64,000 bases of DNA from Escherichia coli (GCF_003334335.1 NZ_QOWQ01000005.1); one strand, 5' to 3'; shown: positions 11,313-24,749, counted from the stretch's first letter. The notes: generated from the letters alone by a model not told the origin. Numbers and translations: made by a program.

Positions 11313-11464
11313 GTCTTACTTACTCAACAATGCGTTAAATTTCGACTGTTTAAGATATTTCGGCACGTTCTTTCCCGTGATAATGTGCGCTATAAGGCAA
11401 ATCTGCTTCACCGATTCAGCCATAATCCGTAGCAATTAAAATGTTATCTCAAGAGAAATGGACG

Positions 11465-13126
11465 ATGAGTGATATAGCATTAACGGTCAGTATTCTGGCT
11501 TTGGTGGCAGTCGTCGGTTTGTTTATCGGCAACGTCAAATTTCGCGGCATAGGATTAGGTATTGGCGGCGTGCTGTTTGGTGGGATCATCGTCGGCCATT
11601 TTGTTTCTCAGGCGGGGATGACATTAAGTAGCGATATGCTGCATGTTATTCAGGAATTTGGCCTGATCCTGTTCGTTTATACTATCGGGATTCAGGTAGG
11701 GCCGGGCTTCTTTGCCTCATTGCGCGTCTCCGGATTACGCCTCAACCTGTTTGCTGTTCTGATCGTCATCATCGGTGGTCTGGTTACCGCCATCCTGCAT
11801 AAACTGTTTGATATTCCACTGCCGGTAGTGCTGGGGATTTTCTCCGGTGCGGTTACCAATACGCCAGCGCTGGGGGCAGGGCAGCAGATTTTGCGCGACC
11901 TGGGTACACCAATGGAAATGGTCGATCAGATGGGGATGAGTTACGCGATGGCGTATCCATTCGGCATTTGCGGGATTTTGTTCACCATGTGGATGTTGCG
12001 GGTTATTTTCCGCGTCAATGTCGAGACAGAAGCTCAGCAGCACGAGTCTTCACGCACCAATGGCGGCGCGCTGATCAAGACTATCAATATTCGCGTTGAG
12101 AACCCTAACCTGCATGATTTAGCCATTAAAGATGTACCGATTCTCAACGGCGACAAAATTATCTGCTCGCGTCTGAAACGCGAAGAAACCCTAAAAGTTC
12201 CTTCGCCAGATACCATTATCCAACTGGGCGATTTGCTGCATCTGGTGGGTCAGCCAGCGGATTTACATAATGCGCAACTGGTGATTGGTCAGGAGGTCGA
12301 TACTTCGCTGTCCACGAAAGGCACTGATTTGCGCGTCGAGCGTGTGGTGGTCACCAATGAAAACGTGCTCGGAAAACGTATTCGCGACCTGCACTTTAAA
12401 GAACGCTATGACGTTGTTATCTCGCGCCTGAACCGTGCCGGGGTCGAACTGGTCGCCAGTGGCGATATCAGCCTGCAGTTCGGCGATATCCTCAATCTGG
12501 TGGGGCGTCCGTCCGCAATTGATGCCGTTGCCAATGTGCTGGGGAATGCGCAGCAAAAACTGCAACAGGTTCAGATGCTGCCAGTGTTTATTGGCATCGG
12601 GCTAGGCGTATTGTTAGGTTCTATTCCCGTCTTTGTGCCAGGATTCCCGGCCGCGTTGAAACTGGGGCTGGCGGGCGGACCGCTGATTATGGCGTTGATC
12701 CTCGGGCGTATCGGCAGTATCGGCAAGCTGTACTGGTTTATGCCGCCAAGCGCCAACCTCGCGCTGCGGGAGCTGGGGATCGTGCTGTTCCTCTCGGTCG
12801 TTGGTCTGAAATCTGGTGGGGATTTTGTGAATACCCTGGTCAATGGCGAAGGGCTAAGCTGGATTGGTTATGGTGCCCTGATCACCGCCGTTCCGCTGAT
12901 TACTGTTGGCATTCTGGCGCGGATGTTAGCCAAAATGAATTACCTGACCATGTGCGGGATGCTGGCAGGTTCCATGACCGATCCTCCGGCGCTGGCGTTT
13001 GCTAATAATCTTCATCCAACCAGCGGTGCGGCGGCGCTCTCTTACGCCACTGTCTATCCGTTGGTAATGTTCCTGCGCATTATCACCCCCCAATTACTGG
13101 CGGTGCTCTTCTGGAGTATCGGTTAA
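11465..13126 (+). CDS. yidE: AAE-family transporter YidE
   Basis: 553 aa from [11 protein letters not shown]; two membrane domains flanking a central soluble region. Confidence 0.9.
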
Positions 13127-13839
13127 CTCTTTTCCGGGTGGAGTCGCCGTAAATGGTACTCCACCTGGTATTCGCTGGCATTTCTGAACATCACTGAATA
13201 ATTCAAAAACTCCCCGCTCTCGCTATATGACAACGAGGTGATCCGCAGCAGTGGCGTGTGTTCCGCTACCTTCATTTGCCGCGCCAGCAGTCTATCGGCG
13301 AGCACTGGCGTCAGGCTTTCATAATTACCGCCAATCAAAATCCCGCACTCTTGTTCAATATATTCAAACTTCGACCCTTCCAGATGTTGCAGCGAAAGAT
13401 TACGGAACAGTTTTACCGGCATATAGCTGTCTTCCAGCATCAGCGGTTTCCCTTCCACAAAACGAACGCGACGGGAGAAGTAGATCTGCTCGTTGATTTG
13501 AATCCGTAACTGGCTGGCAATGGCCGGAGGCGCAGGCATGATTTCAAAAATCAGCACCTGGCTGGTGACCGTTTTTCCCTGCCGTTTTAACACCTCCACC
13601 AGCCCGGTCAGACTGGCGGTTTGATGCAGTACATCTTTGCGCACCAGGTAAGTGCCACTACCGTGGCGGCGGACCACCAGCCCCCACGCTACCAGCAGGT
13701 CAATGGCTTTACGGATGGTCATCCGCGATACCGCAAACTCTTCCGCCAGCTTTTTTTCACCGGGAAGAAGGCTGTTTAGCGTGAAATCTGCGGAGTTAAG
13801 TCGAATTCTTAACCGCTCCGCAATGCTTTTGTAGATCAT
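13123..13839 (-). CDS. yidP: GntR/HutC-family transcriptional regulator YidP
   Basis: Start at [14 protein letters not shown] (238 aa); N-terminal wHTH and UTRA-like C-terminal domain. Confidence 0.85.
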
Positions 13840-14134
13840 CTCTAGATCTCTTTTTTGCCTGCAAGCCCGGGTAATGCGCACACAAGTTCTGCTTAATCGA
13901 TTGAAAAAACATCTTTTTTTTAAAGATGTGTTCGATGCTGTGTACCTGTGCTCACAGAGGTCTACTTTTTCGCGAAAACGTAGATCTCTACCGCCCAACG
14001 AAAAGCATGAAAGCGATCACGAATCCCATTGGGTCGTCATGTTCTGCCGATCGCATCTTCCTATCCTCGCTCCAGGCCTGCCGCATAACCAATCAGGCTT
14101 CCTACTTACAGAATTGAGAAAAGAGGATGTGGAA

Positions 14135-17455
<3,321 letters not shown>

Positions 17456-17621
17456 TTTAATATCCCTCCGGCGAATTATGCTCACAACCTGAACTTAACA
17501 GAAAACAATCCGTTCAGGGATACGACGTTTGTATTTTAAGAATCTGACTGCCTGACCCGACGCATTTTACCTCTCCCTATATTCATGCGTCCGGGACATA
17601 AACATAAATAAGGGCTATGAG

Positions 17622-19337
17622 ATGAATTCGTTACAAATCTTGAGTTTTGTCGGTTTTACGCTGCTGGTGGCGGTGATCACCTGGTGGAAGGTCCGCAAAA
17701 CAGATACCGGATCGCAACAAGGCTATTTTCTTGCCGGACGTTCACTAAAAGCGCCGGTTATTGCCGCTTCGTTAATGCTAACCAACCTTTCCACGGAACA
17801 ACTGGTCGGCCTTTCCGGGCAGGCCTACAAAAGCGGCATGTCGGTGATGGGCTGGGAAGTGACTTCAGCGGTGACGCTGATCTTCCTCGCGCTAATCTTT
17901 TTACCGCGCTATCTGAAGCGCGGCATTGCCACCATCCCCGATTTTCTGGAGGAACGTTATGATAAAACGACGCGTATTATCATCGACTTCTGCTTCCTAA
18001 TTGCCACCGGCGTCTGCTTTCTGCCGATTGTTCTCTACTCCGGCGCGTTGGCGCTCAACAGCCTGTTTCACGTCGGGGAATCGCTACAGATTTCTCACGG
18101 TGCGGCTATCTGGCTACTGGTAATTTTGCTTGGTCTGGCGGGAATTTTGTATGCGGTGATCGGCGGACTGCGCGCAATGGCAGTGGCGGACTCCATCAAC
18201 GGTATTGGGCTGGTTATCGGCGGGTTGATGGTGCCGGTATTTGGCCTGATCGCGATGGGCAAGGGCAGCTTTATGCAGGGCATTGAGCAACTCACCACCG
18301 TTCACGCCGAGAAATTAAACTCAATCGGTGGCCCGACCGATCCCTTGCCGATTGGCGCGGCATTTACCGGTTTGATTCTGGTGAACACCTTTTACTGGTG
18401 TACAAATCAGGGCATCGTGCAACGCACGCTGGCGTCAAAAAGCCTGGCGGAAGGGCAAAAGGGGGCGCTGTTAACGGCGGTGCTGAAAATGCTCGACCCG
18501 CTGGTACTGGTGCTGCCAGGGTTGATTGCGTTTCATCTGTATCAGGATTTACCGAAAGCCGACATGGCCTACCCGACGCTGGTCAATAACGTTCTGCCAG
18601 TGCCAATGGTGGGTTTCTTCGGCGCGGTGTTATTTGGTGCGGTGATCAGTACCTTCAACGGCTTTCTGAATAGCGCCAGTACGTTATTCAGTATGGGTAT
18701 TTACCGTCGCATCATTAACCAGAATGCCGAGCCGCAGCAGCTGGTCACCGTCGGGCGCAAATTTGGTTTCTTTATCGCTATCGTTTCGGTGCTGGTCGCG
18801 CCGTGGATCGCCAACGCGCCGCAGGGGCTGTATAGCTGGATGAAACAGCTCAACGGCATTTACAACGTGCCGCTGGTTACCATCATCATTATGGGCTTTT
18901 TCTTCCCGCGCATCCCGGCGCTGGCGGCAAAAGTAGCGATGGGGATTGGCATAATCAGCTACATCACCATCAACTATCTGGTGAAGTTCGACTTCCATTT
19001 CCTCTATGTGCTGGCCTGTACGTTCTGCATCAACGTGGTCGTGATGCTGGTGATCGGTTTTATCAAACCGCGCGCCACGCCGTTCACCTTCAAAGATGCG
19101 TTTGCGGTGGACATGAAACCGTGGAAAAACGTCAAGATCGCGTCAATTGGCATCCTGTTCGCGATGATTGGCGTCTATGCCGGGCTGGCTGAATTCGGCG
19201 GCTACGGTACGCGCTGGTTAGCGATGATCAGTTATTTCATTGCCGCCGTAGTGATTGTCTACCTGATTTTTGACAGCTGGCGGCATCGTCACGACCCAGC
19301 CGTAACCTTTACTCCCGACGGGAAGGATAGCCTATGA
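17622..19337 (+). CDS. yidK: Sodium:solute symporter family transporter YidK
   Basis: 571 aa polytopic SSS-type protein; precedes sulfatase gene. Confidence 0.9.
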   Translation: MNSLQILSFVGFTLLVAVITWWKVRKTDTGSQQGYFLAGRSLKAPVIAASLMLTNLSTEQLVGLSGQAYKSGMSVMGWEVTSAVTLIFLALIFLPRYLKRGIATIPDFLEERYDKTTRIIIDFCFLIATGVCFLPIVLYSGALALNSLFHVGESLQISHGAAIWLLVILLGLAGILYAVIGGLRAMAVADSINGIGLVIGGLMVPVFGLIAMGKGSFMQGIEQLTTVHAEKLNSIGGPTDPLPIGAAFTGLILVNTFYWCTNQGIVQRTLASKSLAEGQKGALLTAVLKMLDPLVLVLPGLIAFHLYQDLPKADMAYPTLVNNVLPVPMVGFFGAVLFGAVISTFNGFLNSASTLFSMGIYRRIINQNAEPQQLVTVGRKFGFFIAIVSVLVAPWIANAPQGLYSWMKQLNGIYNVPLVTIIIMGFFFPRIPALAAKVAMGIGIISYITINYLVKFDFHFLYVLACTFCINVVVMLVIGFIKPRATPFTFKDAFAVDMKPWKNVKIASIGILFAMIGVYAGLAEFGGYGTRWLAMISYFIAAVVIVYLIFDSWRHRHDPAVTFTPDGKDSL

Positions 19338-20827
19338 AACGCCCCAATTTTCTGTTCGTCATGACCGATACCCAGGCCACCAATATGGTCGGTTGCTATA
19401 GCGGTAAACCGCTGAATACGCAAAATATTGATAGTCTGGCGGCGGAAGGTATTCGCTTTAATTCCGCCTACACCTGTTCACCGGTTTGTACGCCTGCACG
19501 GGCCGGACTATTTACCGGTATCTACGCTAACCAGTCCGGCCCGTGGACCAACAACGTCGCGCCAGGCAAAAACATCTCCACTATGGGGCGCTACTTTAAG
19601 GATGCCGGCTATCACACCTGTTACATCGGCAAATGGCATCTCGACGGTCATGACTATTTCGGCACTGGCGAGTGTCCGCCGGAGTGGGACGCTGATTACT
19701 GGTTCGATGGGGCGAACTATCTTAGCGAACTGACGGAAAAAGAGATTAGCCTGTGGCGCAATGGCCTAAACAGCGTCGAAGATTTACAGGCGAACCATAT
19801 CGACGAAACCTTCACCTGGGCGCATCGTATCAGCAATCGGGCGGTGGATTTTCTGCAACAGCCTGCGCGCGCAGACGAGCCTTTCCTGATGGTGGTTTCG
19901 TATGATGAGCCGCATCACCCGTTCACCTGTCCGGTGGAGTATTTAGAGAAATACGCTGATTTTTACTACGAGCTGGGCGAGAAAGCACAGGATGACCTGG
20001 CTAACAAACCGGAACATCACCGCTTATGGGCGCAGGCGATGCCATCGCCAGTCGGTGATGACGGGCTTTATCACCATCCGCTCTATTTTGCCTGTAATGA
20101 CTTTGTTGATGACCAAATCGGACGGGTCATCAATGCCTTAACGCCAGAGCAACGTGAAAATACGTGGGTTATTTATACCTCCGATCACGGCGAAATGATG
20201 GGCGCACATAAGCTGATCAGTAAAGGGGCGGCGATGTATGACGACATCACCCGCATTCCGCTGATCATCCGTTCGCCGCAAGGGGAGCGGCGACAGGTCG
20301 ATACGCCAGTCAGTCATATCGATTTACTGCCGACAATGATGGCGCTGGCAGATATTGAAAAACCAGAGATTCTGCCGGGGGAAAATATCCTTGCCGTGAA
20401 AGAGCCACGCGGCGTGATGGTGGAATTTAACCGCTACGAGATTGAGCATGACAGCTTTGGCGGTTTTATTCCGGTGCGTTGCTGGGTGACGGATGACTTT
20501 AAACTGGTACTCAACCTCTTCACCAGTGATGAACTTTACGATCGCCGTAATGACCCAAATGAAATGCATAACCTGATCGATGATATCCGTTTTGCAGACG
20601 TTCGCAGCAAAATGCATGACGCCTTATTGGATTACATGGACAAAATTCGCGATCCGTTCCGCAGTTACCAATGGAGTCTGCGTCCGTGGCGTAAAGATGC
20701 ACGGCCGCGCTGGATGGGGGCGTTTCGTCCACGTCCACAAGATGGCTATTCGCCAGTTGTACGCGACTATGACACCGGCCTACCGACACAAGGGGTGAAG
20801 GTGGAGGAGAAAAAACAGAAGTTCTGA
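19334..20827 (+). CDS. yidJ: Cys/Ser-type sulfatase YidJ
   Basis: 497 aa; sulfatase signature CSPVCTPARAGLFTG near the N-terminus. Confidence 0.9.
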   Translation: MKRPNFLFVMTDTQATNMVGCYSGKPLNTQNIDSLAAEGIRFNSAYTCSPVCTPARAGLFTGIYANQSGPWTNNVAPGKNISTMGRYFKDAGYHTCYIGKWHLDGHDYFGTGECPPEWDADYWFDGANYLSELTEKEISLWRNGLNSVEDLQANHIDETFTWAHRISNRAVDFLQQPARADEPFLMVVSYDEPHHPFTCPVEYLEKYADFYYELGEKAQDDLANKPEHHRLWAQAMPSPVGDDGLYHHPLYFACNDFVDDQIGRVINALTPEQRENTWVIYTSDHGEMMGAHKLISKGAAMYDDITRIPLIIRSPQGERRQVDTPVSHIDLLPTMMALADIEKPEILPGENILAVKEPRGVMVEFNRYEIEHDSFGGFIPVRCWVTDDFKLVLNLFTSDELYDRRNDPNEMHNLIDDIRFADVRSKMHDALLDYMDKIRDPFRSYQWSLRPWRKDARPRWMGAFRPRPQDGYSPVVRDYDTGLPTQGVKVEEKKQKF

Positions 20828-20831
20828 CGAT

Positions 20832-20863
20832 AATGCCCGCTGATGATCACCCGGCGGGCATTA
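20832..20863. terminator. Hairpin terminator between yidJ and yidI
   Basis: aatgcccgc ... gcgggcatt inverted repeat. Confidence 0.5.
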
Positions 20864-20873
20864 TTCAGGCTGC

Positions 20874-21323
20874 TTAAACCAGTGAACCGCCGGTCAGGAA
20901 GGAAAAGATAAGGAATATCAGCAAAATGCTGCACACGATGCCGATACCAAAAAGCAAGGTATGGAAAGCCAGCGTCCCGCCGCCAAAAACCAGCGCGCCG
21001 CGAATGCCCCAGCGATTTTCCTTACGCATACCGCCAATAAATGCGCAAAGTAGCGCAGCAATGGCCAGTGCGATACCGCTTTGATTGAGGATTTTATCGA
21101 CATCTACGTCCTCTTTTTTCTCCACGGTGGTAATTTTTTCGCCTTTTATTCCGGCGAGAAGACCTCTTTTAATTTCAGCCGTTTTGTCCGCCACGATGCT
21201 TTCAAACGTTGGCGGTGGTGCGGAGAAAGGGCCGAATGAAAAGTGGATAATCCCCATCATTAAAGCGATGGCACCGAACAGCATGCCCAATGAACTGATT
21301 TTATTTTGAGCTATGATACCCAT
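20874..21323 (-). CDS. yidI: Inner membrane protein YidI
   Basis: ORF 20874..21431; start at MGIIAQNKISS (149 aa); hydrophobic. Confidence 0.8.
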   Translation of the reverse strand: MGIIAQNKISSLGMLFGAIALMMGIIHFSFGPFSAPPPTFESIVADKTAEIKRGLLAGIKGEKITTVEKKEDVDVDKILNQSGIALAIAALLCAFIGGMRKENRWGIRGALVFGGGTLAFHTLLFGIGIVCSILLIFLIFSFLTGGSLV

Positions 21324-21430
21324 CTGACCTCCTTGTAGCGGATGGCAAAAGCATATCAGGAAACGGGCGGACGAAATTCTTAAAAAAACCGCTAAAGGTA
21401 GAGCGTTAGTGAAATTGCAAAGGAGCAACA

Positions 21431-21778
21431 ATGAAAATTTCCCGCCTCGGAGAAGCGCCTGATTACCGCTTCTCGCTGGCTAATGAGCGTACTTTTCTGG
21501 CGTGGATCCGTACTGCACTAGGATTTCTGGCGGCGGGGGTTGGGCTTGATCAACTTGCGCCAGATTTCGCCACGCCCGTCATTCGCGAACTGCTGGCGTT
21601 GTTGTTGTGTCTGTTTTCCGGCGGGTTAGCGATGTATGGCTACTTGCGCTGGTTACGCAATGAAAAAGCGATGCGTCTGAAAGAGGACCTGCCCTACACC
21701 AACAGCTTATTAATCATTAGCTTAATATTGATGGTCGTGGCGGTGATCGTTATGGGACTGGTGTTGTATGCCGGATAG
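21431..21778 (+). CDS. yidH: DUF202 inner membrane protein YidH
   Basis: 115 aa membrane protein. Confidence 0.85.
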   Translation: MKISRLGEAPDYRFSLANERTFLAWIRTALGFLAAGVGLDQLAPDFATPVIRELLALLLCLFSGGLAMYGYLRWLRNEKAMRLKEDLPYTNSLLIISLILMVVAVIVMGLVLYAG

Positions 21779-22130
21779 CCGCAAAGCCAGACGCATTGCC
21801 GACCCAGGACTGCAGCCGGAGCGCACATCACTGGCGTGGTTTCGTACCATGCTGGGCTACGGCGCGTTGATGGCGTTGGCTATCAAACACAACTGGCACC
21901 AGGCGGGCATGTTATTCTGGATTTCGATTGGCATTCTCGCCATCGTGGCGCTGATCCTCTGGCACTACACCCGTAATCGCAATTTAATGGATGTCACGAA
22001 TAGCGATTTTTCCCAATTTCACGTAGTCCGTGACAAATTTTTGATCTCCCTCGCGGTGTTATCTCTCGCAATACTGTTTGCTGTAACGCATATACATCAA
22101 CTTATCGTATTTATTGAGAGAGTCGCATGA
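21768..22130 (+). CDS. yidG: DUF202 inner membrane protein YidG
   Basis: 120 aa; overlaps yidH end. Confidence 0.85.
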   Translation: MPDSRKARRIADPGLQPERTSLAWFRTMLGYGALMALAIKHNWHQAGMLFWISIGILAIVALILWHYTRNRNLMDVTNSDFSQFHVVRDKFLISLAVLSLAILFAVTHIHQLIVFIERVA

Positions 22131-22624
22131 CAGGAAGTCAGGTCATTGATGCTGAAGAGGACAGGCATAAACTGGTTGTAGAGTACAAGGATGCTCTGCA
22201 ACCTGCCGATTTTTATCACAATTTCAAACAGCGGGGCATCCGCTCCGTACAGCTCATTCCCTATCTTGAATTTGATGACCGGGGCGATCTGACGGCCGCT
22301 TCGGTGACAGCAGAGCTGTGGGGGAAATTTTTAATTGCCCTGTTCGAGTGTTGGGTGCGGGCAGATATCAGTCGTATCTCGATTGAGCTTTTTGACGCCA
22401 CCTTACAAAAATGGTGTGGCAGCGAAAACCCGCAACCGCGCTGTGACTGCCAGGCGTGCGACTGGCATCGCCTGTGCCCGCACGCTCGGCAGGAGACGCC
22501 AGACAGCGTGCTTTGTGCGGGCTATCAGGCGTTTTATTCTTACTCCGCACCGCATATGCGGGTGATGCGTGATCTGATAAAGCAGCATCGTTCTCCCATG
22601 GAGCTGATGACGATGCTGCGGTGA
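22127..22624 (+). CDS. yidF: YidF, stand-alone SPASM-like Cys-rich domain (sulfatase-maturase-like C-terminal half)
   Basis: 165 aa with cysteine cluster CDCQACDWHRLCP plus additional Cys; no CxxxCxxC radical-SAM motif. Confidence 0.85.
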   Translation: MTGSQVIDAEEDRHKLVVEYKDALQPADFYHNFKQRGIRSVQLIPYLEFDDRGDLTAASVTAELWGKFLIALFECWVRADISRISIELFDATLQKWCGSENPQPRCDCQACDWHRLCPHARQETPDSVLCAGYQAFYSYSAPHMRVMRDLIKQHRSPMELMTMLR

Positions 22625-22631
22625 CGTGCGC

Positions 22632-23816
22632 TTAAACGGGCTGCCCCTGATGCGACATCCGCGTCGCCAGCGGCAGCCAGCACAGCACGATCAACAATCC
22701 CATTAAGGTCATCAACAACCCCAGGCTGCCCTGACCGGTTTGCGGCAACATCGCAGAGAGCGACGCCAGCACGCCGGAACCAATGTTTTGCAGACCGCCG
22801 ACCAGCGCGCCAGCCGTGCCCGCCAGGAAGGGGAACGGCTCCATCGCGCCGCTGGTCGCCAGCGGAAACAGCATCCCGGCACCGAAAAAGAACAGCGCGG
22901 CGGGAACGAGCAGCGTCCAGACATTCATCACGCCAAACCAGTCGGGGATCCACATCAGCAAGCCAGCCAGCAGGCAGCAGATAACCGACTGCCACATTAA
23001 CGTGGAGAAGCGTTTATTGGGACGTCCGGCAAACCATGCGCCAAAAAACGCTGCCGGAATCGGCAGAATAAACAAAATACTGACCGTCATACTGCTCAGC
23101 CCTAACACCGCGCCCATCAGCACGCCGGAGCAGGCTTCAAAGGCGGCAATCCCGGCCAGACCGCCAATCAGCATCAGCAAATAACAGTTAAAACCGCTGT
23201 TACCGAAAAGCGTTTTATAACTGGTAAGCAGGCGCGTGCGCGGTGCATCGACCGGACGCGTTTCCGGCATCCAGCGGGCCATACTGAAGGTCACACCAGC
23301 ACAAAGAACCAACAAAAAGAGATAACAGGCGCGCCAGTTCCACATCGTATCCAGCAGACCGCCGATTAGCGGTGCGAGCAACGGACTGACGAGAATCCCC
23401 ATGTTTAACAGGCTGTTAGCATGGCGCAACTGTGTCCGTTCATATAAATCTCGCGGTAAAGTACGCGCCATTACGCCGCCAACGCCGGTGCCCATCCCCT
23501 GCATCGCGCTGGCGGCAATCAACACCGTCAAACTGGAGGTCGTGACCGCGACCAGCGTTGCCAGCATAAAAATGGACATTCCGACGAGGATCACCGGTCG
23601 GCGGCCCACGCGGTCGGAAATCGGGCCATAAAACAGCTGTGAGACACCGTAAGTCAGCAGATAAGCGCCCATTACGCTCTGCACCGCCCCTTCACGGACG
23701 TTGAGATCGCGCGCCATATCGGCAATAGCTGGAATATAAATGGTTTGCGCCATCTGACCGACGGCCACGAGTAATACCAACATCAATAACAAATTGACGT
23801 TTCTTTGCCTTTTCAT
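22632..23816 (-). CDS. emrD: MFS multidrug efflux pump EmrD
   Basis: 394 aa from MKRQRNVNLL; 12-TM MFS. Confidence 0.9.
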   Translation of the reverse strand: MKRQRNVNLLLMLVLLVAVGQMAQTIYIPAIADMARDLNVREGAVQSVMGAYLLTYGVSQLFYGPISDRVGRRPVILVGMSIFMLATLVAVTTSSLTVLIAASAMQGMGTGVGGVMARTLPRDLYERTQLRHANSLLNMGILVSPLLAPLIGGLLDTMWNWRACYLFLLVLCAGVTFSMARWMPETRPVDAPRTRLLTSYKTLFGNSGFNCYLLMLIGGLAGIAAFEACSGVLMGAVLGLSSMTVSILFILPIPAAFFGAWFAGRPNKRFSTLMWQSVICCLLAGLLMWIPDWFGVMNVWTLLVPAALFFFGAGMLFPLATSGAMEPFPFLAGTAGALVGGLQNIGSGVLASLSAMLPQTGQGSLGLLMTLMGLLIVLCWLPLATRMSHQGQPV

Positions 23817-23990
23817 TATCACGGATGCTTTTATAAAAATAATTAGAATAAGTCACTACGCATTCCCATAAATGCGGGAGAGGAATCTATCACATTGATG
23901 AATGTTAGCCAGATATACGCCAGGAATGGGGAATTGTTTAGCGGCAGAATATGTAAACAAAAGCGGCAATAAATGTTGCCGGGAGAGATG

Positions 23991-24028
23991 GTAGGGCGGA
24001 TAAGATGCGTCAGCATCGCATCCGACAC
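23991..24028. repeat. REP-like palindromic element
   Basis: ggtagggcggataagatgcgtcagcatcgcatccgacac. Confidence 0.4.
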
Positions 24029-24044
24029 CAACCCGCACGCTAAA

Positions 24045-24077
24045 TATAAAAGGGGAGCGGTTTCCCGCTCCCCTTTG
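24045..24077 (-). terminator. Rho-independent terminator of tisAB
   Basis: ggggagcgg/ccgctcccc stem; on the minus strand it is followed by a U-rich tract directly downstream of tisB. Confidence 0.5.
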
Positions 24078-24095
24078 GTGCGACTTGAATCTGAA

Positions 24096-24185
24096 TTACT
24101 TCAGGTATTTCAGAACAGCATCAAGCAGTTGCAGTGCTGCAACAATGAGTTTGAGGATAAGAATGGCGATATCCACCAGGTTCAT
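24096..24185 (-). CDS. tisB: Type I toxin TisB (29 aa membrane peptide)
   Basis: Minus-strand ORF MNLVDIAILILKLIVAALQLLDAVLKYLK, matching recalled TisB; below the 60-aa cutoff of the ORF track. Confidence 0.9.
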   Translation of the reverse strand: MNLVDIAILILKLIVAALQLLDAVLKYLK

Positions 24186-24295
24186 ACGCGTCTCCTGTGG
24201 TTCAGGAGCACTGCCAGCTGACGTACCTTTCCGCTGCCTGTTGCCAGCTGTTGTGCACGCGGTATCTCAAGGAGAAACGTTGTGCTTGTTGACAT
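24182..24295 (-). CDS. tisA: tisA leader ORF (37 codons; reported to be poorly or not translated)
   Basis: MSTSTTFLLEIPRAQQLATGSGKVRQLAVLLNHRRRV; stop overlaps tisB start (ATGA). Confidence 0.5.
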   Translation of the reverse strand: MSTSTTFLLEIPRAQQLATGSGKVRQLAVLLNHRRRV

Positions 24296-24419
24296 AACAC
24301 AGTGTGCTCACGCGGGGTTAAGGCGCTGACGGCACCACCCGTTTCAGCCAGGACTTAGTGCGCCGGGTAACGATGCGGCCCCCGCATAACACATTGCGTA
24401 CAGTGATATTATAGAAGTT

Positions 24420-24439
24420 TACTGTATAAATAAACAGTA
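24420..24439. promoter_or_regulatory. LexA box (SOS operator) of tisAB / istR-2
   Basis: TACTGTATAAATAAACAGTA, a near-perfect CTGT-N8-ACAG SOS box. Confidence 0.8.
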
Positions 24440-24545
24440 ATATTTGGACAAAACGCAAACTGTGATCGATACTCAACTATGCACTAAATACGTCAAAATT
24501 CGTGCCGAAATTGCGCGTTCTGCGCGGAACACGTATACTTTCAGT

Positions 24546-24620
24546 GTTGACATAATACAGTGTGCTTTGCGGTTACCAGCCGCAGGCGACTGACGAAACC
24601 TCGCTCCGGCGGGGTTTTTT
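24546..24620 (+). ncRNA. istR: IstR-1 antitoxin small RNA (longer IstR-2 isoform would start near 24481)
   Basis: About 75 nt ending in terminator ctcgctccggcggggtttttt; 5' region gttgacataatacagtgtgct nearly identical to plus strand 24288-24308, so complementary to the tisAB mRNA leader; candidate -10 tatact about 24534. Confidence 0.75.
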
Positions 24621-24749
24621 GTTATCTGCAATTCAGTACAAAACGTGATCAACCCCTCAATTTTCCCTTGCTGAAAAATTTTCCATTGTCTCCCCTGTAA
24701 AGCTGTGCTTGTATAAATATTGTTAAACACAAAACCAACAAGGTCCCCA

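Noticed and set aside
13874-14134. 87-codon N-terminal extension of the PTS IICB ORF
   Set aside because: The extension crosses the yidP/glvC promoter region; a good SD and the conserved N-terminus MLSQIQRFGG define the start at 14135.
24085-24297. 70-aa plus-strand ORF at the tisAB locus
   Set aside because: It is antisense to tisB/tisA, uses a TTG start, and is explained by the real minus-strand genes.
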